Positions 23,879-33,715 of a DNA stretch of 64,000 nucleotides are shown here, piece by piece. This DNA comes from Chrysomallon squamiferum (taxonomy: Eukaryota; Animalia; Mollusca), in assembly GCA_012295275.1 (NCBI GenBank), contig CM022674.1, forward strand, positions 10,726,001 to 10,790,000, given 5' to 3'. Made by a program: the position numbers and the translations under genes. The notes under the pieces are model-generated. The model was not told the origin of the DNA, made no database searches, and saw only the letters and a list, made by a program, of their open reading frames with translations. Positions within the stretch are counted from its first letter, which is position 1; each line of letters begins with the position of its first letter.

Positions 23879-26800
23879 GTTAGTGTATTGTTTATTGTAG
23901 TCTGTTCCTGTAATTTCAGGGTGGTTCTTATACAGGTTCGTTTATGGTTTATTATAAATAGTGACCGTAATGCCAGGGTTGTTGTTATTGAGCAAGTTAT
24001 TTTATATTTGCTGTTGACTCTGTCTGTAATGCCTGTTTCATTTTACTATTTAGGTTAGTTTACTGCTTGTTAAAGACAATTTTATTATACCTGGTTGTAT
24101 TACACAGGTTCCTTATTATAAACAATGTCCATAGTACTTAATACATACTAATAGTTATTTAAAGATCATTAAAGTGTATTATATGGAGAGGATATCCATA
24201 TTAAACAAGATTTTTACCAATTTATTCTTATGACAGGAGGTACATTTTTTTTAGTTTTATGTTATTAACTGTTTGTCCATCTGTAATGTATTTCTTTCTT
24301 TCTATCTATCTATTTTTCTTCTATCTGTCTGTCTATTGAAGTTTAAGTATTATTTAAATGTTATTTAAAGTATCCATAAAGCCATTTTTTTTAATCAGTG
24401 GCCACATAGTTCTGTGCAAGGATGGACTGTGTAATTATTTCAGATTTTTGAAACATAAAACTGTCTGTGTTATTTCATTAGTTCCAATCTGATCATTTGT
24501 TTATTTTGACATTAATTTATCTGCATTTTTGTTTTCATTTTCTTGGTTGGGTATTCAGTATTCAGGTGTGAATTTCAGAGATTGTAATGTTATTCTAAAG
24601 CATTTCATAAAAATTTCCCATACAGATTTTTATTTTTCATATTTTTGTAATACTGATACAAATTATGAAAAGAAAGTGTTCTTAGAAATAAATTTGAGTA
24701 CATACTTATATTTTTATATCCTGGGTTGGAACAAAAGTCTGTATCATTTTCAGTAGGTGGCATTTGAGCATGTGATTTCATGTTACATGTGACACATATT
24801 TATATTCTGTAGTGTTGACAAAACAGAACATGTGTGACTGACTAAATGAATCTGCAGATATCTAAATATTGTCATTTAATTTTACTTAACAAAATACTGC
24901 CTTTTTTCTACATAAAACTTTAAATTTTATAAAATAAAGACAGGTGTAATAATTATTAGGTGTGTCTACAGTCTGCGGAGGTGGAATTTGTAAGCCAGTC
25001 GTTGTGCAGATGTTAATCTTGGTGTCACAGGTGCACATGCAGTTCAGTTCAGTTTATTGTTTTTTTATTCTGTTTCCAAAGTAACAGTACACTAATTACA
25101 GAATTAACTTAGTTTACATACTGAGATGAAGAGATTGTTCCACAAGTTACTGTCATAAAGCCATAATAACACATCATCATTTATGATTAATACATTTCAT
25201 TTTAAATAACTAAAACCTTCAATTCCAAACAAAATGTAGTGAAAGTTTTAAATTTTTCATTAAACTAGACAGTTAAAAATTTTAAAAATATCTATTAATA
25301 ACAAACAAATTTTTAAAAATGTAACTGAAACCAGTGGAAAAAAATAAATACAATGAAAATAAATTTTGAAAATAAATAAAAACCAGATATTTTTTTTACT
25401 ACTTGCAGTACAATCGTACCACTGATCAACAAAGTGAGGAATTATTGAATATTTTGCCCACCAGGGGGCCCCTGGCTTTTCAGCGTTTTTGTGAAGCACT
25501 TATAGCTGACGATCAAAAACACATCGTAACACTTTACTTAATTCCGAGAGACGAAACTTACCACTAGCATCGGTAAATTTAATTTAAATTTATAAAATTT
25601 GTGAAAAATGTTTAGAGCTGCAGAAAGAGAGAAGGCAAATTTTAAAAATTATCCAACATTTATTGGGGTGTAGGGTTAAGCATTTTTCTCACTTTCAGTA
25701 GAAAATTAAAAAAAAGATTAATGTGATGGCAGGTGATAACTGAGTAATATCCTGAAAGCAATAAATAAATAATTAAGTAAGTAAGTAAATAAATAAATTC
25801 AAATCATGCATTCTTTTAAAAATATTTTTAAAAAATAATTATGTATCCTAATTTTTTCACCTAACTAATAATGTGCATTCATTTTATTAAACATTCAGTT
25901 TTTCTAATTTTATTCTTTATTTATTCATATATTTTTTTGTGTTAATTTTTGGCTTGATAAACTTCTTTAAAATTGTTGTTTTCTTGGCAGAAACCATAGT
26001 TTTATTACCAAATAAATATTCAGTACTTTTTACAGTGAGTGTATGTAAATTATTCTGATCAATTATTTTATTTTCGAAAGACTTGTTTACATATCAGTAT
26101 AAATAATTACAAAAACCTTTCTAGTGATATTTATAATAATGAAAATGTTCAGTGTTTAATATTTTAAAATTATTTTTTAATTTGTTTTTCTCCTTAATGT
26201 TTCAACCTTAATGTCTCTGAAATAGAATTTGTCCCAGTATTTCAGCAAGATTAACATTTTATTAAGTTTGAATTATGCTGGTCCTCCTAAAGTTGTTATT
26301 GTTAATACAAAAGAAAATCATAATAGTGAACATATTGTTATCATTCCATTTATTTATCTATTTATTTTTATTAGTGTTTTTGTTTCATTCCTACTTGGCT
26401 GTTGCTTTTACTCCGTAGTTTTATTAACTTGGTAGGTTCATTTTATCTAACGCTTTCTATAATTGTTTATATTTTCATTATTTATGTATTAATTCAGTTC
26501 GTTGCTTATATAACTGATTACCTAATTTACATGTGTGTTTAATTAGTATTCACTTATTCATCTGTGTTTTTATTTATTAAATTTCAGCACAACCGTTCTC
26601 CCGACGCTCAAGCTGAAGAACTTTTGAACATCATCCCGACGCGGGGTCCTGACGCCTTCGCCAAATTCTGCGACTCTCTCATCGCAGACGATCAGAAGCA
26701 TGTCGTCGACCTCTACCTGCAGTGTGAGTCGAGTGGTGAGCACAAGAGGAACTCGGAGCAGTGCTCAGACAACACCGAGGGTCCAGAGGCAAAGAAACGA

Positions 26801-27146
26801 CCTCGCTCTCCGTCGCCCACAGTCATCTGTTTCAGAGACAGCACGGAGAATGTCGTCATTAAGTATTTATCCAGGGAGCTTCCAGTTAGAAAGAGTCAAA
26901 GTTTCAGCAACTATCAGAGTTCTGTCACAGACTTTGGGGGTGATGTGAGACTGAACATGAAACATTTCGTATCCGCACCAGCCTACAGCTCATTTGTGGA
27001 CCCATTTATTCCAGTGTCAATGAAGAAAATGTCCGAATCTCAATCATCCACACACGCAGATCATCTTCCATCCTCACATTCACAGAGGATCTCACTTTCC
27101 AGATGTGATACCATAGGTATCTTTATTATTGTTATTATTATTATTA

Positions 27147-27197
<51 letters not shown>

Positions 27198-30100
27198 TCA
27201 TCATCAATATCATTATCATTTTTGTTGTGTTTTTGTTATTCTTGTTATTATATTTTTGTTACTTTGAGAGCTCTTGTCAAAAATACCATCACATCACAAT
27301 TCAATAAGCAGCTGAGGTATAAGTTTAATTTGATATTAAAATGGAGGGCAAAGATGGGTACAGTAGTGAATTTTGGGAAGCTGAATAATATAACTTTAAA
27401 AATAAAATAGGCTTTTTGTTTTTAAATAGCTCTTTATATTTAAGATTATTCTAATTATTATTATTTGTATTATTATTGTTTGATTATTTTTATTACTGAA
27501 AAAAAAAAAAAATATAAATATTATTAACAAATTGTTTGTTACTGATTTTGAGCATGTTCTTCCTATTATTTTAATTTATTTATTGTTTTTCAGATACTAT
27601 GAATAAAAACTCAAGCATTCAAATGTCTTCCCATTCCAAAGGTATGTTGCCTCAGAAACCACTCTGTTAACTGTCAGCTAAAATTGATATACATTTATAG
27701 AAACTTAAACAATTAAATAAAAATAAATATAATAATAATAATTATTATTATTATTATTTTATTGTGGTGTTTGTAAAGACCAGTCAAAAGTAGTTTATAC
27801 AATAACTTTATAATACTGATAATTTATTATTATTATATTTATTTTTTTATCTAGTTTATAATATTTCCTTACTTTATTCATCATAAGAGTATTTTATATG
27901 TCTGTATATTTTCTAAGTGATTAAGTTTTGAAGTATTTTAGTTTTTTTGTTACAGTTCCAACATCATTTGAGGGGAGCTCGGTGCTGTTTGATGAGACTG
28001 AAGATTTGAACTTTGACCTAACAGATGGGCCAGTCTGTGTCCAGGTGGCTCTGTCCAACAGACAGTTCTTCTTGACCAACTACAGAAAGGTTTGTGTAAA
28101 CTACACACATACTACTTTAAATACGTGTTTGGTCTTTATTTAGATTTTAGTTTGTGTAATTTATAAATATTAAACAGGTTTTTTTTATTTTTTTTAATTT
28201 AAAAATTTTTGTATAAATACGGCCCAAAGGGTTTGTGTAAATACTAATTTTGTAGAAACCAGTAAAAATAACATTTTCTTAATTCTGTAAGTAATTAATT
28301 GTTTATGTAAATTTTAACTGTTCGATAATTAAACCAAAGTTTGTGCAAATGTTAACTGTATAACAGAGATAATTTTGTCTAGTTACAACAGTAAGCAGTG
28401 TAAGCAGTGATAGTCCAGAAAGTTATTTTCACTGTCAGAAAAAAAAGTGATGCACATTTTAAATAATACAGTAAAATCATGGAAAGGTTAACATCTGAAC
28501 TGTTGTATAATGTTTTTACTCAAATATAAAAGTATAAATTTATAATTCTGAGAGGCAGTTCTTAACATAATTATTTAATAATTATTTTATGCCATCTCCA
28601 AAAATTAGTTTTACTTTTTAATTTTTTTATTAAAAGTTGTTTTTTAATCACACATAAAAGGATTTTTGTAAATAATTTTCTGACTGATTGTTCTTCTTAA
28701 CCAGAATGTAAAACTATTTATTTAAATTTCAGTAAAGTGAACACCACATGTATTTTGTCTGCAGTCATTTTCCTTCTAATTCATTGCTTCGTTAAGTAAA
28801 TAATCTAACGACATAGTTGTAATCTAAAATTTTAAAGGACTAATGACCTAATTAATTATTTTAGTCATATCCAATGAAGAAGATTCCAAGAGGCAAAGCG
28901 TTGATCATCAACGTCAATGAGGTTTTAGGAAAACCACCTCGTCGTGGTACCGACATTGACCGTGACAACCTGTGTAACCTGCTACAGCAGCTGCATTTTG
29001 AAACCGTAGTTTACAACGACAACGATGGTCTCACTGCTGAGGTTTGTTTGGTTAAATTCTGAATCTTTATTAGAACAAATTACTAATTAATACAATACAG
29101 AATGTTAGTTTGTACACATTCGATTAAAAACAGAAAAGTGGACATTTTTTAAATTACATATAAACTTTTCAGTTTTTAAATATAATAATCTGTTCTTTTT
29201 TAAGTTATTCTAATTAAAGTTCAGTTTATTAAATTATTTTAATCTTGATAAACTATCAATCTAACCTTTGTAAGTAGTTTATTAAAATCATTATTATTTT
29301 CTTAAAAAAGTATATAAAAGTACTGAAAAGAACTATTTTGTTTCAGGAATTACAGGAAAAGATGAGGAAGTTTGCAGCTCTCTCGGAACACAAAGACTGC
29401 GACTGTTGTGTGATTTGTTTGCTCAGTCACGGAGAGGAAGGATTTATTTTTGGAACTGATGGGAAAAAGATACCAATGGACGAAATATTTGAAATGTTTG
29501 ACAATAGCAGATGCAGAGGACTTCTTGGAAAACCTAAAATATTTATCATACAGGCTTGCAGGGGAGGTAATTCATGTAGTCTTCTAGGATTTTTCTCATT
29601 GCTTAGTTTCTGTGTTTATCTGGATTTTCTTATACTTGTTTGAGTTATTTACTTGTTTATTTATTTAGCTGGCTGCTTAGTAGTAGTTGAATGATCTATC
29701 ATTACTCAAAATAAATTTTAAATTAAATTAATAGTTTATCATGACTTTTCATAACCTGATCTATAAAGATTCAGTTTAAGCCATACTTGCAAATTAGAAG
29801 TTTCAATAAGAATATTACCTTTTTATTTATTTATTTTTATATAATAAATCAGCTTTGAGCACAGATTAAAGATTACTATTGATAATAGTGATTTTAAAAA
29901 TTAATTAATTTTAATTTTTAAATGTTTATATATTTCACAATCATACAAGTAATTTGTTGCAGTTTGTTGTTTTGAATTTTATAGATTAACATAACTGGAA
30001 TTAAAAATTCTGCATTAAACAAAAATATCCTGCATTTGATTGCCATTAAATAACTTAACTCTTTTTTCTGAAATAAATAAATGCAACAGTTCAAAAAATA

Positions 30101-32825
30101 ATTTGCCATTTTTCAGTTGTCTTATTAAAACTTATTGAGCATGATCACAACTAAAAACAGGCAAAAACATCAGCCATGTAAGCATTGACAATAAAATGGC
30201 AGCTTGCAGATGTTTTTATAACAGTATAGTTTTATTTTCATTGTTTGTTATTAATGGTGGTATAAAAATAAAAAGATAATTTGAAATATACAGGTACATA
30301 TTAACAAGATTTTTTCTGTTTCAGGTGCACTTGATAAAGGTGTTTCATTTGTACAAAATGCTGATGAGGTTGATGGAGGGCCTCCAGTTCGACCAGAATC
30401 TTTACAACAAATACCAACAATGTCAGACACAGTGATCTGTTACCCCACACAACACGGTACAATGTCTTTTATTTTACTTTTATAAAATTTAATATCACAG
30501 TTGTCTCTGGTTCTAGCCAGAAAAGAAGCTATCATTTAGATTGTGTTGATTATTTTCTTATTTATTAATTTTATATATTTTTTTTTAAATTAGAAATTGT
30601 TAACTCAACTAAATATTTTTTTAGTTTGATATTTGTATTTTGTATCATGGGTATTTATTCTCTTCAGTGAAACTACAGAAATAATAAAATAATAAAAACG
30701 TTAAATGAAACTCGTTTATCATTTGTGTATTTCTAATTATACCAAATTTTTGCCCACTTCTACAAAGAATATGTGTAATATTTTGAGATTGTCTAAGTTT
30801 TATTTTAAAAATGATACAGGTTAGATCACTGGTCTAGTGTCTGTATAGTTCTGTGGATATTTTTCAGGTTACTATGCTTGGAGAAACCGAGAGCGAGGTA
30901 GTTGGTACATTGAGGCAATTGTACAAGTTTTTATGAGACATGCTAAAAACGAGGACATCTGCACCATGTTAAACAGAGTGAGTTTTATTTTGTTACTGTG
31001 CTAATGAGTTGTATGACAATAGGTTATGACAAATCTGTTGGGATTAACAAAAGTTCAAGTCATTCTTTAAGTGACATTCAAAGATAGCATTTAGGTATTT
31101 GTAAAAGGATTTATCCTCATGTGTGCCATTTTGTTCACCTTTCTGATTATGTACATATGTCATATATTTCAGTCACACGTGAAATGAAATCACACGCTCA
31201 AATATCACCTGTTTGAAAGCATTACAACCGTTTGTTCGAAAGCAATACACTGGAATATCTGATTGATATTTTTACCACTCAGTTTAGATTTTTTTTTTTT
31301 AATAAATCCTATTATATCATTATTTGCATGATAGAAATATTTGATTCAACTCTTTAATATTATAAATAATAATAATAAAAACAAATATTAAATGGTTTCT
31401 GTAAAAAGTCTAATAAATATTTTTCTTTTAATTAATTTTTGTAAATGCTTCCTAAGTCACTTTATAAAATCAATACTAAATGATTTCTATAATGAAAAAT
31501 CTAAAAAATATTTCTTTTAATTACGTTACATAAATGTTTTAGAAGGCATTTTACAAAGTGAGGTAGTAATTTTAAATATGTATAACATTCACTGACAATT
31601 CAAGAATATTTTCCTCGGCACTCAGAATAGTTACATCCCTTTAAACCTCAAACTAATTTAATCCTGAGTTCTTTGTAAGACTGGGACAGAAAAACATAAA
31701 GAGTATCAATACACAGTAACAAGCCAGCCAGTATAGAGACTTGATCTCAGTATCTAACAGTTGTGTGCTGATAGTTTATTTATCCAGTAAATAACATAAA
31801 CTAAATGTGTCTTTTGCTGTATTATCACCTCAGGGGTAGTGAAACACCTGTTACACAGAGCAAACAAACTGGTAATTATTAAAACACAGAGAATAATGAA
31901 ATGATTATTCTGAAAATGAAATATTAATAAGTTATTTATTTATTTACCTGTTTAGTTATTTATAGAAAATGTAATAAACCTTCTGTTAGGCAGAAAGGTA
32001 TTTGTGATGTAAATTGTTAGTGTTAAATGTAGTTAAATAAACTCAGATGTTGCTGATAATATTCATAAATAACATTCTTTGTGTGTATAGTATATATATA
32101 TATATATATATGTATGAGCAGATTACGTGTGTGGGTGTGTCTGTGGGTGTGTATGATATATATATATATGTATGTATGTATGAGAAAATGACGTATGATT
32201 GTGGGTGTGATATCATTTTCATCTCTGAATAAAATGTACATGAATTAATCCATTTCACATGGAAATTAACCTATATAATTCTTTTATTCATTCAAAATAT
32301 GTTTTCTTTTCTGTTGTCATTCTGATTAGGTATTCAGCTGGAAAAAATATCAAATAATGATATTAACAATTACAGTTTTTTTTATACTTTTTTATTTTTT
32401 ATTTTAAGCATTACTGTTATCTGATTTATAATTACTGGATTTTGTCTTCTTGTTTTCTGTTATGTGTTGAATTTATTTTATGCGATGTGATGTGATATTA
32501 TTTTATTTTATTTTATGGTTCTGTTTTATTTTTTTCATTTTATTTTATTATTTTATTTTATTTCATTATTTTATTTTATTTATTATTTTTTTATTACTTT
32601 TTATTGTTTTGTTTGTTTTCTTTTGTTTTTCATTTTTTCGACTCGTTTCATTTCACGTTGTTACATTTCCAGGTGAACCGAGTTGTGTCATGCAAAGTGT
32701 CCAGATGTCCTCAGATTGAGATGGACAGAATGTCTCAGATGTCAGAATACAAAAGCACCCTGACAAAACCACACCTCTACTTCTTCCCAGGAATCGGCTG
32801 TGTCGCACAATCTGCAGTGGAATGA
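23744..32825 (+). CDS. CASP2: Caspase-2-like initiator caspase (CARD prodomain + p20/p10), 9 coding exons, 545 aa
   Basis: Exons 23744-23878, 26588-27116, 27594-27641, 27956-28089, 28865-29041, 29347-29566, 30325-30456, 30868-30977, 32673-32825 join with GT-AG sites and consistent phases to 1638 nt. Catalytic SHG and QACRG are present. Caspase-2-like signatures: DGPVCVQV, RGSWYIEA, MSEYKSTLTKPHLYFFPG. Confidence 0.92.
25409..25567 (+). CDS. Duplicated alternative CARD exon (exon 2a) with in-frame stop; gives a 97-aa CARD-only isoform
   Basis: Acceptor ttttttttactacttgcag ends at 25408, phase 0. Translates YNRTTDQQSEELLNILPTRGPLAFQRFCEALIADDQKHIVTLYLIPRDETYH*, 31/44 identical to the start of exon 26588. 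Confidence 0.75.
   Translation, partial: YNRTTDQQSEELLNILPTRGPLAFQRFCEALIADDQKHIVTLYLIPRDETYH
26588..27116 (+). CDS. CASP2: Caspase-2-like coding exon 2b (C-terminal half of CARD + Ser-rich linker with NLS-like KKRPR)
   Basis: Acceptor atttcag; HNRSPDAQAEELLNIIPTRGPDAFAKFCDSL is a CARD C-terminal pattern; donor TAG|GTATCT, phase 1. Confidence 0.88.
27123..27220. repeat. (ATT)n/(ATC)n microsatellite directly after the caspase exon 2b donor
   Basis: Visible trinucleotide run. Confidence 0.9.
27594..27641 (+). CDS. CASP2: Caspase-2-like 48-nt exon (DTMNKNSSIQMSSHSK)
   Basis: Acceptor ttgtttttcag, donor AAG|GTATGT, open frame, phase 1/1 (symmetric, so not required for frame). Confidence 0.7.
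27956..28089 (+). CDS. CASP2: Caspase-2-like exon with prodomain cleavage-site-like DLTD/GPVC
   Basis: Acceptor tttttgttacag, donor AAG|GTTTGT; resembles the DNKDGPVCLQV region of vertebrate caspase-2. Confidence 0.87.
28865..29041 (+). CDS. CASP2: Caspase-2-like exon, start of p20 (YPMKKIPRGKALIIN..RRGTDID)
   Basis: Caspase PRGxALIIN and RxGTxxD motifs; GT-AG boundaries, phase 0/0. Confidence 0.92.
29347..29566 (+). CDS. CASP2: Caspase-2-like catalytic exon (LSHG...KPKIFIIQACRG)
   Basis: Catalytic His (SHG) and Cys (QACRG); acceptor tttcag, donor GAG|GTAATT. Confidence 0.95.
30325..30456 (+). CDS. CASP2: Caspase-2-like inter-subunit linker exon (GALDKGV..DEVDG..IPTMSDTVICYPT)
   Basis: Acceptor ttctgtttcag, donor ACG|GTACAA, open frame, start-of-p10 motif IPxxxD. 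Confidence 0.87.
30868..30977 (+). CDS. CASP2: Caspase-2-like p10 exon (GYYAWRNRERGSWYIEA)
   Basis: Caspase WRN..GSW motif; acceptor tttttcag, donor AGA|GTGAGT. Confidence 0.93.
32673..32825 (+). CDS. CASP2: Caspase-2-like terminal exon (VNRVV..STLTKPHLYFFPG..AVE*)
   Basis: Acceptor atttccag; caspase C-terminal STLxKxLYF motif; TGA stop. Confidence 0.92.
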   Translation: MNRVVSCKVSRCPQIEMDRMSQMSEYKSTLTKPHLYFFPGIGCVAQSAVE

Positions 32826-33657
32826 ACTGAATGTCGACTCAGCCACTATTTTAATATTATCAGTTCTAAATATTTAAAATATTCCACTTACTGTAATTAA
32901 ATAAATCAGTTAATAAATACCAACAAAGTTATTTTTTAATGTTAAGAGAATCAATACATTCAATACATGTTTTTTCTTAAATATTATTTCCAGTTGATGG
33001 AGTTAGGAAATCTTGAAGAAAATTCTGTTACAAAATGGTGTATCCTATAAAAGTGGTAATATTCTATTACAGCACAGTCCCCATTCATAATTAGGTTTAT
33101 TTCACTACAGGGTGTGTCGGATAAACTGAAAATGATGGTTCAGTTATTGATGACAGTGTCCTTGACCTCTCAGTATTATTCTCTTTTTGTTTCTTCTCTT
33201 TTCTCTTTTTCACATTATTTACTTCACTCTGTAGTTTAAAATGTATAATCAAAGTATTAATAATGTATCAACTTGCAAAGAAGACGGAAGTGAAAATAGT
33301 ATTAAAACATTATTATAATGCAGTTAGTGTTCAAAATGTAAGTAGTAGTAGAAATTCAAGATAACTTAGACTGTTTTAATACATTTTTATTTTATTTTTG
33401 TTGATTTTAAATAAAATATAAATTATAATTGTAACCAGTATGTGTAATATATATATATATATGATTATATCTATATAGATGTATACATACTGATGTGCAA
33501 GATAAAATTAATTGATTGCTTAGCTTTTATATCTCTTAGAGATAGCTTATGCTCTGGTAAAGGTTAAAACAAATATTAATGATAGTGTTTAAAACAAAAT
33601 CTTGGTGCGTATTTTTTATCATAATATTGTGAATGTTAATTCTTGTGTAATCTATAT

Positions 33658-33659
<2 letters not shown>

Positions 33660-33714
<55 letters not shown>
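33660..33714. repeat. (GT)n microsatellite downstream of the caspase stop codon
   Basis: Visible perfect dinucleotide run. Confidence 0.95.

Positions 33715-33715
<1 letters not shown>

Noticed and set aside
27117-27307. Read-through of caspase exon 2b into a poly-Ile hydrophobic tail (membrane-anchored CARD isoform)
   Set aside because: The open frame is explained by an (ATT)n microsatellite; there is a good donor at 27117 and no independent support for intron retention.
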